Assembly (NCBI RefSeq): GCF_009914755.1
Contig: NC_060929.1
Source of the DNA: the human T2T-CHM13v2.0 reference genome, Homo sapiens
Strand: one strand, 5' to 3'
DNA length: 64,000 bases
Below, piece after piece: positions 10,841 through 26,259 of this stretch. The first letter of the stretch is position 1; every line of letters starts with the position of its first letter. The translations under genes and the position numbers were made by a program. The notes beneath the pieces were generated by a model. That model saw only the letters and a program-made list of their open reading frames with translations. It ran no database searches and had not been told where the DNA came from.

Positions 10841-12995
10841 CATATTAGTTGCCTATTGCTGCATCAAGAAATTATCACCAAAACGTAATGATTTAAAACA
10901 ACAAATGTATTATTTTGCATAGTTTCTCAGGGTCAGGAGTGTATTTGTGACACAGAAATGAATTTCTTTAGAAACTGCTAAATTGAGCCTTCAGATGAGA
11001 CTACAGCCCTGGCCAATATCTTGACTTTAATCTTGGTTGGCACTCACTCATGCTGTTGTTGGCAGGCCATGATCCCACCCCACCTGGCCTCTCTACAGAA
11101 CTCCTCCTCAACATGGCACCTTTCTCTCATGGGGAGCAATCCAAGAGAAGGCACAAAGAGCACTTAAGAAGGAACCACAGACACAGTATACCTAATCTTG
11201 GAAGTGACCTGTCATTACAGCATCAACTCAAAGTCCAGAATTCTTATCTAAATTAGGTTCATGTGTGAATGAGGACTCTTTGGGTAAAGTTACCTAAATA
11301 CAGTTCCTATCTATCTGTAGACTTATGTAGTTAAAGGGATAAGTCTTCACACACACACACACCCCTAACGTGCAATAGAGGTACAGATGTAAGATAACTG
11401 CTATAGACACTACTGTTCAAAAAGGGAGAAAGTAGAAGGCACGAAGATGTCACTACTCCATAGGAAGCCTTAAATCCAGCCAGGCAAACACTGGAAGTTC
11501 CTTGATGAGGTCTCAGGACTTAGGAATGATGCTCCACAGCTATTGGCTCTGCCCTCTGGCTCTTGGTTCTGTACCCTATCCCATCTTTTCTTATTTCATG
11601 AGAAATATCATCTGTTGGTAACTGGCCAGCTTTCTCAGCCTGCTTCTTGCCAATAGAATTTAAGGCCCAAGGACATTTTCTTTATCCTTGACATTTTGTT
11701 CCCCTCAGTTTGAGCTGGTTATACTCCTGTAGCATTTCTGAATGAACAGCATGGCCCTCTGGTGAATTCTCTTGGAATTCACTCCATATTTTAAAAGCCA
11801 TACCCACAACTCTCTTTAAGAGAATCCCCTCTCAGAGGCTCTAATTTTTTATTGAGAGGACCTGTGAGGAACACCCTTATTTTCTTTAGAACATTTTGTC
11901 TTACTGTCTAATATCCTGATATACCACCTCGGATCTTTCTGAAACTGAAAAAACAAACAAACAAACAAACAAACAAAAAACAGGATCTTACAGTCATACA
12001 CTCAGCTTCACTATGCCTTCTAGCAGTATCTTAGGTTTGATTCTTGCTTGGAAGCCATTTCTTAATTTAGCATAACTCGCCCTTCTGTAGAAACTGAGAA
12101 TTTTTTAAACTATCAATTCCTGACTCTTCATGTTTAACAGTTCTTCCCTTAATCTACCTTTTTCTGTTTGCATTTTACCAAAAGAATCCAGATAGCACTC
12201 TTATCTCTTTCCTTGGAAATCTTTGCTAGATCTTTCAGCTCATTAGGCTTATTTTTACTTTCCATGTTACTGCAGGCATTAGTGTTGGTAAAGGTCTGCC
12301 ACTAGATAAAAAGTATTGCCTTTCCTCCAATTTCCAATAATATTTACCTCATTTTTCCCCAAGGCTTCATGAGTAACTCTATCAAAGACTGTGAGTCTTC
12401 TACTAATAACTTATTTAATTCACTTTAGACCTTCCCTAACATCCTCCTTAAAGTCTACTGCAAGTTCCAAAACCTCTTCCACATTTCAGGTTTTTGTTTC
12501 AGTTGCACCTCAATTTTGGTGCCAAAATGTACTTTGTTTTTCTGTTTCTACCTAACACAAATTACTCATGAAATTTAGCAGCTTAAAACAACAAACATTT
12601 GTTATCTCACATGTCTGTGGGTCAGCAATCTGGATGCAGCTTAACTGGATATTTCTGGCTTAGGGACACTTAAATGTTGCAAAAACTTGTTGGCTCTGGC
12701 TGCAGTGTCATCTCAAAGCGCAACTAGGGGGCCTTCTTGTACACATGGTTACAGGTAGACCTCTCTAAAGGACTTCCTCACAAATGTCAGCTGCTTTCCT
12801 CCAAGATCAGCAACTCGAGAGAGCATCCAAAACAGAAGCCATGAGTTTTTATAACATAATCTTGGAAATAATATTCCATCACCTCCACTGCAGTTCATCA
12901 GAAGCAAGGAAGTGCAGCCCACATGTGAGAAGAAATGATTACATAGGGAGTGATAAAGAGATCACTGGAAGACCTCTTGGAGACTGTCCACCACA
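10841..12995 (-). mobile_element. MLT1F-like MaLR provirus: 3' LTR (~10841-11218, incomplete), internal region (~11219-12527), 5' LTR (12528-12995)
   Basis: Two related LTRs in the same orientation (shared TTAAAACAACAAA..GGGTCAG and AATCTTGGAA). The minus strand starts TGTGGTGGACAGTCTCCAAG. GGTGCCAAAA sits at the LTR/internal junction, and the ~1.3 kb between resembles MLT1-int. Confidence 0.8.
11949..11981. repeat. (AAAC)n microsatellite
   Basis: Read directly. Confidence 0.9.
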
Positions 12996-13044
12996 AGGAG
13001 TCAAAGGACTTCAAAAATAATTTGTTCATTAAGAAATGAATTTA

Positions 13045-13394
<350 letters not shown>

Positions 13395-13895
13395 TTAGTG
13401 ATTTTTTTGAGTAGCAGAAAAAAATTAGTCAAGAAGAAACAAAAGCTATCATAAAACAGTAAAATTAGCACACAAGAAAGAAATCATCCAAATAAGGAAC
13501 ACTATAGTTTGGAGCAAAATATTGTGTTTAAAGCAGGAACATTTATTTTATCCTGACATTGAAATATCCTTAGTCATGTAACAGACTTAATGATACTTCA
13601 TTACATTTTCTTCCCTACAGTGTTAATCACACCATTTGGTTCTGAATAGTAAGAGTTATATAATTATAATCAGTTAAACACCTTTATACCTTCCCAATAA
13701 AAATTTTAGAATACATAGAGAATTGAAAATTTAACTAACTTTATAAACAGATTTTAAAAATTACAAATCTAAAACGTAAAAGAAAGATTATTACAAGAAC
13801 AAAAGTACAAAAATATATATACTGTGAAGTATAAAGTGAGAAATGGCAGAGTGTAATAATTTCCTCCATTTTAATAGTGGTGAGCCAAGAAATAC

Positions 13896-14258
13896 TGATA
13901 TGGTTTGGCTGTGCCCCCCGCAAAATCTCATCTTGAATTGTAGTTCCAGTAATCCCCATGTGTCAAGGGTGGGACCAGGTGGAGGTAATTGGATCATGGG
14001 GGCGTTTTCCCCCATGCTGTTCTCCTGATAAGTGAGTTAGTCTCAGGAGATCTGATGGTTTTATAAGCATCTGGCATTTTCCCTGCTGGTTCTCATTCTC
14101 TCTCCTGCCTCCCTGTGAAGAGGTGCCTTCTGCCATGATTGTAAGTTTCCTGAGGCCTCCCCAGTCATGCTGAACTGCGAGTCAATTAAACATCTTTTCT
14201 TTATAAATTACTCAGTCTCAGGTATTTCTTTATAGCAGTGTGAAAATGGAAAAATACA
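13896..14258 (+). mobile_element. THE1 (THE1C-like) solo LTR
   Basis: TGATATGGTTTGGCTGTG...AATACA; perfect 5-bp TSD AATAC (13891-13895 / 14259-14263). Confidence 0.95.
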
Positions 14259-14700
14259 AATACCCTGTACTTTTAATTAGGTATATAATAAATATATTGT
14301 TCAAAATTATGAGGACAGCAATAAAATAAGAAAAGTACAAGGACAATAAAATCGATGTGGGACATACAAAGAAATATAAAGAATATACATTCATACAGGA
14401 GTTTGAATATATTATCTAAAGCAATAAATCAAGAAATAGAACTATAAATATGTTATTGTGTTTTATGATTGTGATGAGGAAGGTAGCCTAAAAATGCTTT
14501 TAAGGGGGGGTAGAGCTGAGATTAGAGAAGCTTGTAGGGGTACAATTTTCTTTTAACTTGATAACATTCTAAAATGTTTGTATTGTTATACATGTCTAAA
14601 TATTATTTTTAAAATTCACAATCTAAAAATAAATACCTGTAATACAAAATGTGGATGCTGTTTGTTAAGTGTGTCAATAAACTGCTTTAGTTCTTAACCC

Positions 14701-15215
14701 TGTGTTGTATCCATTCTCCAAAGATGGGCCTTCAGCAAACCTCCTTTTAGTCCCCTCACTATGAATCTGGTTCAGATCTTTGACCTGATTATGGCAGATA
14801 GAAGGTGACAGACGTGATGCTGCATGGATTCCACAGCTAAGTCATAAAAAGTCTTGCAGCTCCTGCCTGGGTCTATGGGACTTTTCTCTAAGAAGTCAGC
14901 AGCTATGTAAGATGTATGACTTCCCTGAGACTACCATGGTATAGGGAATCCCAAGCAAGTGATGCAGAGAAGTCACAGGGGAAAGAAGTGCTTGGCAAGA
15001 CCCAAGCTAAGACTTAGATATGTGAATGAAGAAACTACCTTAGACATCTGCTCCAGTTGAAACTTCAAATGTCTCCAACCCCAGACACCATGAGAAACCT
15101 CAAGTGAGGACTACTCAGCTGTTCCTGGCCAATCCATAAAACCATGAGAATTAGTTGTTGTTCTAAGCCATGAAGTTTTGAAGTAGTTGCCATTTAGCAA
15201 TAGATAACCAGAACA
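14701..15215 (+). mobile_element. MLT1H-like MaLR solo LTR
   Basis: TGTG start; CTAAGTCATAAAAAG..GCAGCTCCTGCCTGGG..CCCTGAGACTACCATG; ends TAAGCCA..AGCAATAGATAACCAGAACA. Confidence 0.8.
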
Positions 15216-16170
15216 GCCCCCTAATTTAGATACTGCTTCTAGTTAAAGATCAGTTGAAATATTTGAAATGTTGAAATATTTGAAATGCCTCTCTGTCTTC
15301 AAATTTATCTTCACAGCTGAAGTTCTATATTTTCTGGTTTATTTCTGCATCAGTCTTTACCCCTAGGCCTTGTCATCAGTTCCACTTTTGCTATGCATCC
15401 TTTAGTCACGGTTGGAACTTTGCCGCTCATTCCTGTGATGCTGACTCTTGATCTCCTTTGTGTCCCTCAGAAGAATACTTAAGTTACAATGGAAGAGCCT
15501 TGGCATGATCACGGATAATTCAGGGTGGGATCACCTTGGCAAATTAGCCATGTTTCTGGCTCTGATCTTTAGTTCTATAGGTCCAAAAATTTGCTTGCAT
15601 TAGTGTCCAGAGTTCATCAGGCTCCAAATAAACCAAAGATCCATGTAATGCAGGATTTTATAAACCAAATTTGTAAGCCATTAACCTGCAAACCAGACTG
15701 CTCAGTTGTACTTTACAGTTAAAAATTATAAATCTCATCGGGATGGGATAATCACATTTATCAACTAATTGTGTCATTTCCTGCAGGAAAATCTATTTAA
15801 AAAAACAAATTCGAATCCAATTTTGCTTTGTACACATGGAATGACAGCAGAGTCACAGTACTATTCACAGTACTATTTTAATGACCCAGGACATCATGTT
15901 ATGACAATGAATGTATAAGACTTGTTACAGGCGTCTCTGCCAATAAGGAAAGCAAGATGAAGCAGTTTGTAAGTGACCTCTGTTTCTGGACATTAGAGAA
16001 AGGGCAAGTCAACACAGTCATCTTTTCTGTCATCTTTCCTAGATTGCATGTTGACCATTTCCTCTTTGTGGACTTGTTCTTTCTTTGCTTGTTAATGTGA
16101 GGTCTCATTAGGACAGAAGCAAACTCTATTAACTGAATCTTGTTTCTGGCCTAGAGAATGTTAGGTCTCT

Positions 16171-17486
<1,316 letters not shown>

Positions 17487-18482
17487 CTAGTAAATTGTTA
17501 ATTTCATACATCATATGTTAATTTTGTGCCTATCATCAGGATTTAAGAGCTTTTCTGCTGGGATATCTAAGAATCACCACCAGTAATCTAAATATCATCA
17601 TGAGAGAAGCAGTCCTCGGTTCTCATTTTGGGCTTATCAGCTCCAAAGTCAAAGCAAACCAAGAAGAATGCAGTGAAATATTAATAAATGCCATATTCAC
17701 AAGCAGTATTATAAAATTTAAATAAACTGACAAATTCAAATAGAAAAAGAAGCCCCAATTGCAAATTTGAGAAGAAAGAAATTTTTATTCAGTCAAAAAA
17801 TAATATAAAATTTTATTAGAATGAAACTGTTGTTTCTTAGAGATAATTATTTTATGCATCCCTAGTGTAATACAATCATTTAAAGCAAGTAGTGGAGGAT
17901 CTATGTTGAAATATTTTTATTTCATATTCAGGGCAATGCACTTATTTGAAACAAGGGAATTTGGCCATTAAAATGATGTAAAACATCATATGATGTTTAC
18001 AATATAGTATTCATTAACTTTAAATTCAATTATTGTAACAGCACTGAGCCGGTATTGAAAATGTGATTGTGTATTTCTTTCTTACTTATTCATAATCACC
18101 CATGTACATCTTCCCATAGGAAAGTAATCATGAAATATGACCTACAAAGCACCAAATTCATGAAGGTTTTGTTTTTTTGTTTACTTTGCTTTCCAAATGT
18201 GACATTCCAGGTTTGATATTTTATTACATTGCGCAGAGAGGAAACTAGCATAGAAAATGTCTCTTTTTTTCAGGCAGTTCTATGAAGGGTAAAGAAAAAT
18301 CCAGGGAAGGAGGTCAGTGCCAGAAAATGTAAGTCACTCCAAAGGATGTCAGTCCCTCAGAACACAGCACAAATGAAAACTTACATATGATTTCAGGATG
18401 GTGACTAACTCAAGGTATTCAAAACTTTGGGTAGTAGCTACATATCCCTGAGAGATCCAGAGAATCTCAAAATGTCCCCTAG

Positions 18483-19080
18483 TTAGTTGATTAATCATTC
18501 ATTTATTCATCTATTAATAAAAATTTGTTGAGTGCCTACTATATGTTAGACACTGATTTAGAAGCTGAGGATAAAAATATGGAAAAATAACCATGTTTAC
18601 CTTTAAGGAGTGATATGGTTTGGTCCTGTGTCCCTATCCAAATCTCACCTTGAATTGTTATCCTTGCAATCCTCATGTGTCAAGGGCGGGACTAGGTGGA
18701 GGTGATTGCATCGTGGGGGTGGTTTCCCCCATGCTGTTCTTACGATTGTGACTGAGTCTCAGGAGATCTGATGGTTTTATAAGCATTTGTCATTTTCCCT
18801 GCTGGGTCTCATTCTCTCTCCTGCCACCCTGTGAAGAGATGCTTTGCTTCCCTTTCTCCTTCTGTGATGATTTTGGATTTCGGATTTTTTGAGGTCTCCT
18901 TATCCGTGCTGAACTGTGAGTCAAATAAAGCTTTTTCCTTTTTAAGTTACCCACTCTAGGGGAGTTCTTTGTGGCAGTATGAAAACATACTAATACAAGG
19001 TGCAAACAGCTTAGTAAGGGTTACAAGCAAGTGAAGAGTCAGTTACAACAGTGAGGGTTAAGGGAGCAGATAGGAGATAG
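18483..19080 (-). mobile_element. L2 3' fragment interrupted by a THE1 LTR
   Basis: CATTCATTTATTCAT..ATTTGTTGAGTGCCTACTATATG..; resumes after 19002. Confidence 0.65.
18611..18997 (+). mobile_element. THE1 (THE1C-like) solo LTR
   Basis: TGATATGGTTTGG...CTAATACA; TSD AGGAG / AGGTG. Confidence 0.93.
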
Positions 19081-19130
19081 TTTAAGCTGAAAAAGAATAG
19101 ATTGTTGAAGAGTTATGTAAAAGGTTGCTA

Positions 19131-19442
<312 letters not shown>

Positions 19443-19475
19443 AAATTGCTCAGGTGATAAAGTTAGATGTGGTGA

Positions 19476-19590
19476 ATGTTTTATTGTATATATGTAAGGT
19501 GCAAAACATGTTTTGCTACACCTATACATAGTGAAATGATTACTGAAATCAAGCAAAGTAACACATACATCTCCTCACATACTTTTTTAA
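19476..19590 (-). mobile_element. Short L1MA-type 3' end fragment
   Basis: TTTTATTGTATATATGTAAGGTG..ATACATAGTGAAATGATTACT..ATCAAGC..AACACATACATCTCCTCACATA. Confidence 0.7.
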
Positions 19591-19966
19591 ACAACAGAAT
19601 GTATTTAGAAATTATTCAGATGCATTTAAGACCCATTTGGTCCCCTCTCATCTTTGTCCCCTGCCCCATGAAAATACCTTAATACATTCTGTTCCCTCTG
19701 CATAGAATGTTGTTAAATTCCATTTCTGCTCTACTTCCCCACTAACAGTATTTAATATCTTCTACCTAGAATATCACAATAACCTCCTCTGTTATTGATC
19801 TGCCTATATTTACTCCTCAATCTAGTCAATTTTACATATCACTGTCAACTATATTCTAAAAATGCAAAATGATCATATCATTTTCCTGCTTAAAAACTTT
19901 GTTGTAGCTCAGCTAGCTAAGAAATAACATCAGTGGTACCCTTACTTTAACTAAATATATTTAATA

Positions 19967-19987
19967 TCCTGTCCTGTCCTGTCCTGT

Positions 19988-20024
<37 letters not shown>

Positions 20025-20240
20025 TGTCCTGTCCTGTCCTGTCCTGTCCTGTCCTGTCCTGTCCTATCCTATCCTATCCTATCCTATCCTATCCTATCCT
20101 ATCCTAATCCTATCCTAATCTTATGCTAATCCTATCCTATCCTTATGCTATCCTATCCTATCCTTATGCTATCCTGTCCTATCCTCTCCTATCCATCCAT
20201 CCATCTGTCCATTCATTTATCCATCTATTCCTCCATCTGT
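19967..20240. repeat. Compound microsatellite (CCTGT)n/(CCCTGT)n/(CCTAT)n/(CCAT)n
   Basis: Read directly. Confidence 0.95.
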
Positions 20241-20639
20241 CTATTTCCAAAACATCAATTTAAGTGTTTAGGTTCCTTGCTAGGCACTGACAATATAAAG
20301 GTAATGTGAAGTTTCCACCTTCAAGGCATGCCTAGCTCAGTGACCTCAAACTATTTCTCTAGGCTTATTTCTTACCACTCTCCCCAGCTCCTACTGATCT
20401 GATTCAAACACAAAATCCATATTCTCTGCTCCAGCCACACTAATTTTCTCATCTTTCCCCAAATACTTCATACTCCTTCGTCATCCTACATATTCTCATA
20501 TGTGTTTTTTTCTCCTGGGATATCCATGTTTATTTTCACCTCTTGGGGAATACCTTTAAAAGCTGGATTGTATGTGACCTCTAAAGATCCAGCTCATATA
20601 TGGCCTTTGTAGCCCTCTAAGATCTACCCCATGAGTTGG

Positions 20640-20760
20640 ACACTGTTATTTTTAGAAATATTTTACAGATTAAGAAAATAAGAGTCAGAGATTAAAGACT
20701 GGTCCAAGATTGCATAGCTAATAAGTGGTAGAGCAGAATCTGAATTTGAGCACAGTTCCT
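20640..20760 (-). mobile_element. MIR fragment
   Basis: ATTTTACAGATTAAGAAAATAAG..CAGAGA..GTCCAAGATTGCATAGCTAATAAGTGGTAGAGCAG. Confidence 0.75.
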
Positions 20761-21838
20761 TTCATTGCAATTTTTTTGTGTCCCATTCTATATAGTAATT
20801 TTCAACTCAACCTTCCTACTCTTAAGTCTGAGTCATTAGTCCGAGGCATCCAGAAATTTCTATTTTTCCCAAACCTCAGAGGTAGTTTTTGTGAGTGTCT
20901 CCAGATGCTTTCAGTCTATTATGAAAAACCAGCTTCACTTGGATGAATGGTGGTTCACACTCAAAAACATGTGTTCTGCTTCCATCTCTGATAATAACTC
21001 TCCACAAAAGTGTGACTATGTTTCCTCTGTGCATCTGTTTCCCCATCTCTAAAATGTGCTTAGGGATAACTATGTCATAATTCAGCCAGACTGAATTACT
21101 CATAGTTTTTCATATGTTTTCTCCACTTCCAGTCCTTTGCTCATTATTACCTGTACCCACAATACTCCATCCTTCCCAGGGCCCTCCTTCTTTCAGCTAA
21201 TGCTTACTAAATTTCTCCATCAGAGTGTATCACAAGACTCAGCACAAAGTACAGTGTGTGTGAGCACATGTCAAATGAATGAATGAAGGTCCTCAACAGT
21301 TCTCATGAGAAGCTTCAATTGATCCTGCAAGAAATGCAAGTACACCTTCTACCTTTGCCTTCAAATTCCATTTTGTAACAAGAAGTGAAAAGAGTTCCCT
21401 ATGAAAACAGGGCAGGGATGAAGGAGATAAAGGCCTTATTCGTGTAACACATATCTAATAGAAAATACTAAATTCTTAATCGGAACATAACTTTCTGCAT
21501 AAATCTTTGCACCTAGCAATTTTTAAGTCAAACTTGATTGTAACTGCATTCCGCAGTTTAGTGGGAGTTTTTGAATGTGTTATTCAATTTACCTTGTAGA
21601 AAACATCAGTAAAATTTCACATATCTATAAATAGAATGCTCTGAGGAGAAAAGGGCTTTTGGAAAGATATGACTGTATTTTACAAGCCAACACAACGTGC
21701 TTAAGGGAAATTCATTAAAATTTACTTTTAGCTTCTCTAAGAGTTCTCGCTTTGAAAGCAATGAATTTTACCTCAGAAATCCTTTTTTTCTTTCTAATTC
21801 CACTTAACACTTTCATCTTCAGTAGAAGGTACCTACAG

Positions 21839-22047
21839 CAAAGTTGTCGGACAGAGTTTTCCACACTCATGGAAATGTTTTCTGTCTGCACAGTTAGGTA
21901 GCTATGAACCACATCTGTCTATCAAGCACTTAAAATCTGGCTAATGTGACTGAGAAGATTAATGTTAAATTTTGTTTCATTTTAATGAATTTAAATTTAA
22001 ATATAAATAACCACAAGTGCTAGGGGCTATTTTATTGAAAAGTGCAG
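21839..22047. mobile_element. MER3 hAT DNA transposon
   Basis: ~209 bp; ATGGAAATGTT..CCACAT..AGCACTTAAAATCTGGCTAATGTGACTGAG..AATTTAAATTTAAATA..CCACAAGTG..AGTGCAG. Confidence 0.85.
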
Positions 22048-22476
22048 CTCTAGCATACTTTCTTTTCCTAAATGTCTTGACTTTAGTTAGATGTCATTCT
22101 TGGATATCATTTTCCAAATGGATAGGGAAACAAGAATTCTTTCACATGAGAAGAAGAATGTATCTAGAGGGGCCTATTTACTTTATAAAAAATGATCTGA
22201 GGCAGCTTTACTTACATATGTAATTTGTATCTTGCTATGGATAATGTAGACACAAGTTGTCACCAATTTTCTCATAAATTGAGGAGAACTGTATATATTG
22301 TATTGTTACTTCTACAAAATCTTCCCCTTCTTCCAAAGGATGTTTGACTTGGAATGGCATCCAATGCTTCACCACCTGAGTGTGCCTAACCTAACATCAA
22401 CTAATGGCACTATTATCACTACAAAATTACTGCTGGAGTGCACATGATCTTACATCTGCTTAAACACTCTTTTTAC

Positions 22477-23002
22477 TGCAGATGGCTCCAGCCGAAGACC
22501 AAGAACTCTCCTGGAGTCAAATAAAGTTTGGTTTATTGGCTTGTTGAAACAAGGGATATGGCATACCATAGGGAATTCCGGGATGACTCAGCAAGAGGGA
22601 ATTAGGAGAAGCTTGTTTGGGAATATGTGTTTCTGTTACATGATTTTGGAGCGTGTTTAAGGAAGTAAAATTTCACTGTGGATGGGGCACTACCAACTCT
22701 ATGACTGGATATCTTATTTTTTTTTATCTGGAAGAAAAGAGAGATGGAGCGTGGCTAATGCCATATCTTGGAAAGAAGCAGTAGTCACTCATACCAGACT
22801 GGTATGGGGTGGGTGTCTGATCATTATTTTTTGTTAAAATTTGGTCAGTATTTTTGTTTTCAACTGTGCTTAGGCATGATTATAAAGTTATCTTCTCTGA
22901 TACTGATGTTATATGAAATCATATATGCTCAACAAGAGAATACATAGCCCAGGGTTTAGAATCAGACCAGTTCGAAAGCTTTTTTTTTTTTTTTTATCTT
23001 CA
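22477..23002 (-). mobile_element. ERVL-type solo LTR (MER77-like)
   Basis: Minus strand TGA...GCA with ATGAGTGACTACTGCTTCTTT, CTTCCTTAAAC, CAATAAACC and GGTCTTCGGCTGGAG blocks. Confidence 0.65.
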
Positions 23003-23179
23003 CTATATTCCTACCACCCCCATTCAATAATTATTCACAAACTTTCAGAACACACATCTGGAACTCAATAATGCTTTACCTCATTTTTCTAAACAGTTTG
23101 TTGTTCCCTTCTCTGTCTTTCTATATCATTGAAAATGTGTGTGAGTGCTTCTGTATATAATACATACGTGTATTTAACC

Positions 23180-24290
23180 TTCAGGAAGTATACATATTGA
23201 AAACTTTTTATGCACCATCATTGTATTAAGCAGTGAAAATACAAAGTGAGCAAAAAAGACAATGCCTAGTCTCATGTACCTCAAAATCTAATGGAATAGT
23301 AAATTAATATATATCAAATTTGCAACTGTGAAAAGTGGCGTGACATAATGGTTCATGGTACTATGACAACATATAATAGGGAAATTGGCTTGGTCAACAG
23401 AAACAGGAATGATGAGGTGAATGATGAGGTAGATTTATATTACACATAAAGGGGAGGTTAGAAATATTCTAGGCACAGAGAAAAGCATGGGAAAATATCC
23501 TGTGGTGGACAGGAACAGGATGATCACAAATAAATGAAGAAGCCCATTGTGCCTAATAGGGCCCAGATCATAAATGACCTTGTGGGCCTTTTTAGAGCAT
23601 CTTCTCTGCTCATCATTAAGAGTCCTAGAAAGCTATTTAAGATATTTTAACACGGAAAATGTGACTTTGGCTTTAGTGGTTTGGAGTTGGGTGTCAGAGC
23701 CTATTTTTATAGGGAAACCAGTTAGAAGACTATTTGAGAAGTATAGGAGGGGTCTGATGGGTACCTTGACCTAGAATGCTGGTGGTGGGAATGAAGAAAA
23801 GTGGATGGATTTGAGGTCACTCCAGAGATGGATGGAGGGAGTTCAGTGAAGGAAAGGTAAGAATCACGGATGACTTCTAATTATGTGGCTGAGAAACTGA
23901 GTGAATGGTGGCATTATTTAAATAAAGAGGACCATGATTTAGTTTTATTTTATTGGTGGATGGGGTAGAAATAATGAGTGAATTGTTGAAGTTCCACTGT
24001 GAGATTTCTATGAAGTGGTTGAATACGTTAACTTTGCCCTTGGAAGAGAAAACTGAACTAGAGATGATAAATTGTGAATCAGTTGTATATGAGTAGAAAT
24101 TATGGCTGTGAGGAGGGACACATCTACTTGTCTATAGAGTAGGAAGTGAAGATTCTCTCTAGCCATGGGAAAATCTACATCTAATGAATAGCTGGAAAAA
24201 GATGATCCCACACAAACTCCAGAGAAGTTATTAGAAGTAGGAAGGATAACCAGGAGCCTATGACATCCCAGAAGCCAATAAAGGAAATTA
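23180..24290 (-). mobile_element. L2 fragment (~1.1 kb)
   Basis: Purine-rich antisense L2 blocks (TTCTAGGCACAGAGAAAAGCATG; GGGAAACCAGTTAGAAGACTATT; AAAGTGGATGGATTTGAG; GATGACTTCTAA). Confidence 0.75.
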
Positions 24291-24357
24291 TATATATTTC
24301 CCATCTCGTAAATAGAATTTGAAGGGTTTTTTTAAGAAGGTGTTATACTTCCAAATC

Positions 24358-24772
24358 TTTTTTTTAATAATTTTAATTTTAACTTTTATTTTGGACTCAA
24401 GGGGCATACGTGCAGGTTTGTTAAATCAGAATATTGCATGATGCTGATGCTTGGGGTATACATCAAAACATCTAGGTAGGAGCATAGTACCCAATATGTA
24501 GTTTTTCAACCTGTGCCTGCCTCCCTCCCTCCCCACTTAGTAGTTTGCAGTATCTATTGTTCCATGTTTATTTCCATGTATGCTCAATGTTTAACTCCCA
24601 GTTATAAATGAGAATATGCATTATTTGTTTTTCTGTTTCTATGTTACTTTAGAATTATGACCTCCAACTCCATCCATGTTGCTGCAAAGAACATGATTTC
24701 ACTCTTCTGTATTGCTGCATAGTATTCTATATTGTCTATGTACCACATTTTCTTTATCCAATATGCCATTGA
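24358..24772 (-). mobile_element. L1PA15/16-L1PB-type 3' UTR fragment
   Basis: Poly(T), then TTTTAACTTTTATTTTGGACTCAAGGGG..GTGCAGGTTTGTT..GCATGATGCTGA..CCATCCATGTTGCTGCAAAG. Confidence 0.88.
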
Positions 24773-24807
24773 GGTGGTTTAGTAGTACATTTAAGAAAAA
24801 CAAGAGA

Positions 24808-25092
<285 letters not shown>

Positions 25093-26259
25093 AAGAAAAA
25101 CAAGAGAATAAAGTTAAAAGTAAATTGGACAGGAAGAACATATAGGTAGGAAAATAATTCTAGGAGAAGGTTATTTTTTCATTCCATGGAGTTCTACGCC
25201 ATTGCTAAAATGTAGACAACACATTTACTCCTGGGCTCCTTTGTCTCCCTTAGTATTTTATGACATGTAAAATAGGGACAAAGTGGAATTTATAGTGTAA
25301 AATGACAATGCACATCAAGCATGTTCAGCTTCAGTGATAAGTTCAAGGTAATCATGTCTATTAGAAGTGGTAGTACTGGAACAGCGCTCATGGTTCTAGA
25401 AGATATGTTGTCTCCACTTTATTATAAAATATGTTGGTGGTGTGCTAGTTTCCTCCTAGACAAGAGAATCTGTCATGCTTCTCTCTGTATTTCTAGTGGC
25501 TGACACAGCCTGGCATTTAATAGATATTCAGGGATACTATTTAATTAATGCCCCTCAACTATTCCTTTGAATTTCTCAGTCATTTAAAATATCTGCTCAG
25601 AAATTACAGAAAGGGATTGGTGTAGATGCTTAAGCTAACTCTTTTGGATATAATTTTGGAAATTTACTCATAAATGAGTGTGTATTTCTAAATTACAACC
25701 CACTGATGACAATGAACTGTATCCTATTAGATCACAACTTTACCATCACTAATTAGTTCTTTTTCAGGGGCCATGTACAAGTGAGCTGAAGTATTTTTAC
25801 TGGTGAAAACCCTGTAAATTACCCTAAGTCATTTCCTGAAAGTAGCATATTAAGCTAGAATTGTGTTTTGAATTAGTGGTCCAAGTTTATGTCCCTATAC
25901 CAACTTTTGCAGATAATTGGGGCTAGGATACTTCAGACTTTTACACACTGTACTGCATATTCACTAATCTTGACATGTATTCTACTTCTTCCATTTCTTT
26001 CTATCAGTGAAAAATTGGCCAGTTAATGAGAAGAAACCTGTAGTCATCATTAAAACCACCTTACTTGGAATATTTTAACTTCAGCATTCTATATGAAAAC
26101 TAACCATTAAAAACCAACCCATTGGCTTCTGTGCTTTTATTAAAAATATGAAAGTAGCCAACCTAAGCTATAATCAATTGGTCAGTCAGTGGGTATTGAT
26201 TAAATATTTAGCATATGTGAGTAGAAAACTAACCTGAAACTATAAACTAAAAATGCATT

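Noticed and set aside
15253-15287. Small 12-24 bp two-copy duplications (also ~15855, ~23408, ~41212, ~41931)
   Set aside because: These are common slippage products with no shared unit or spacing.
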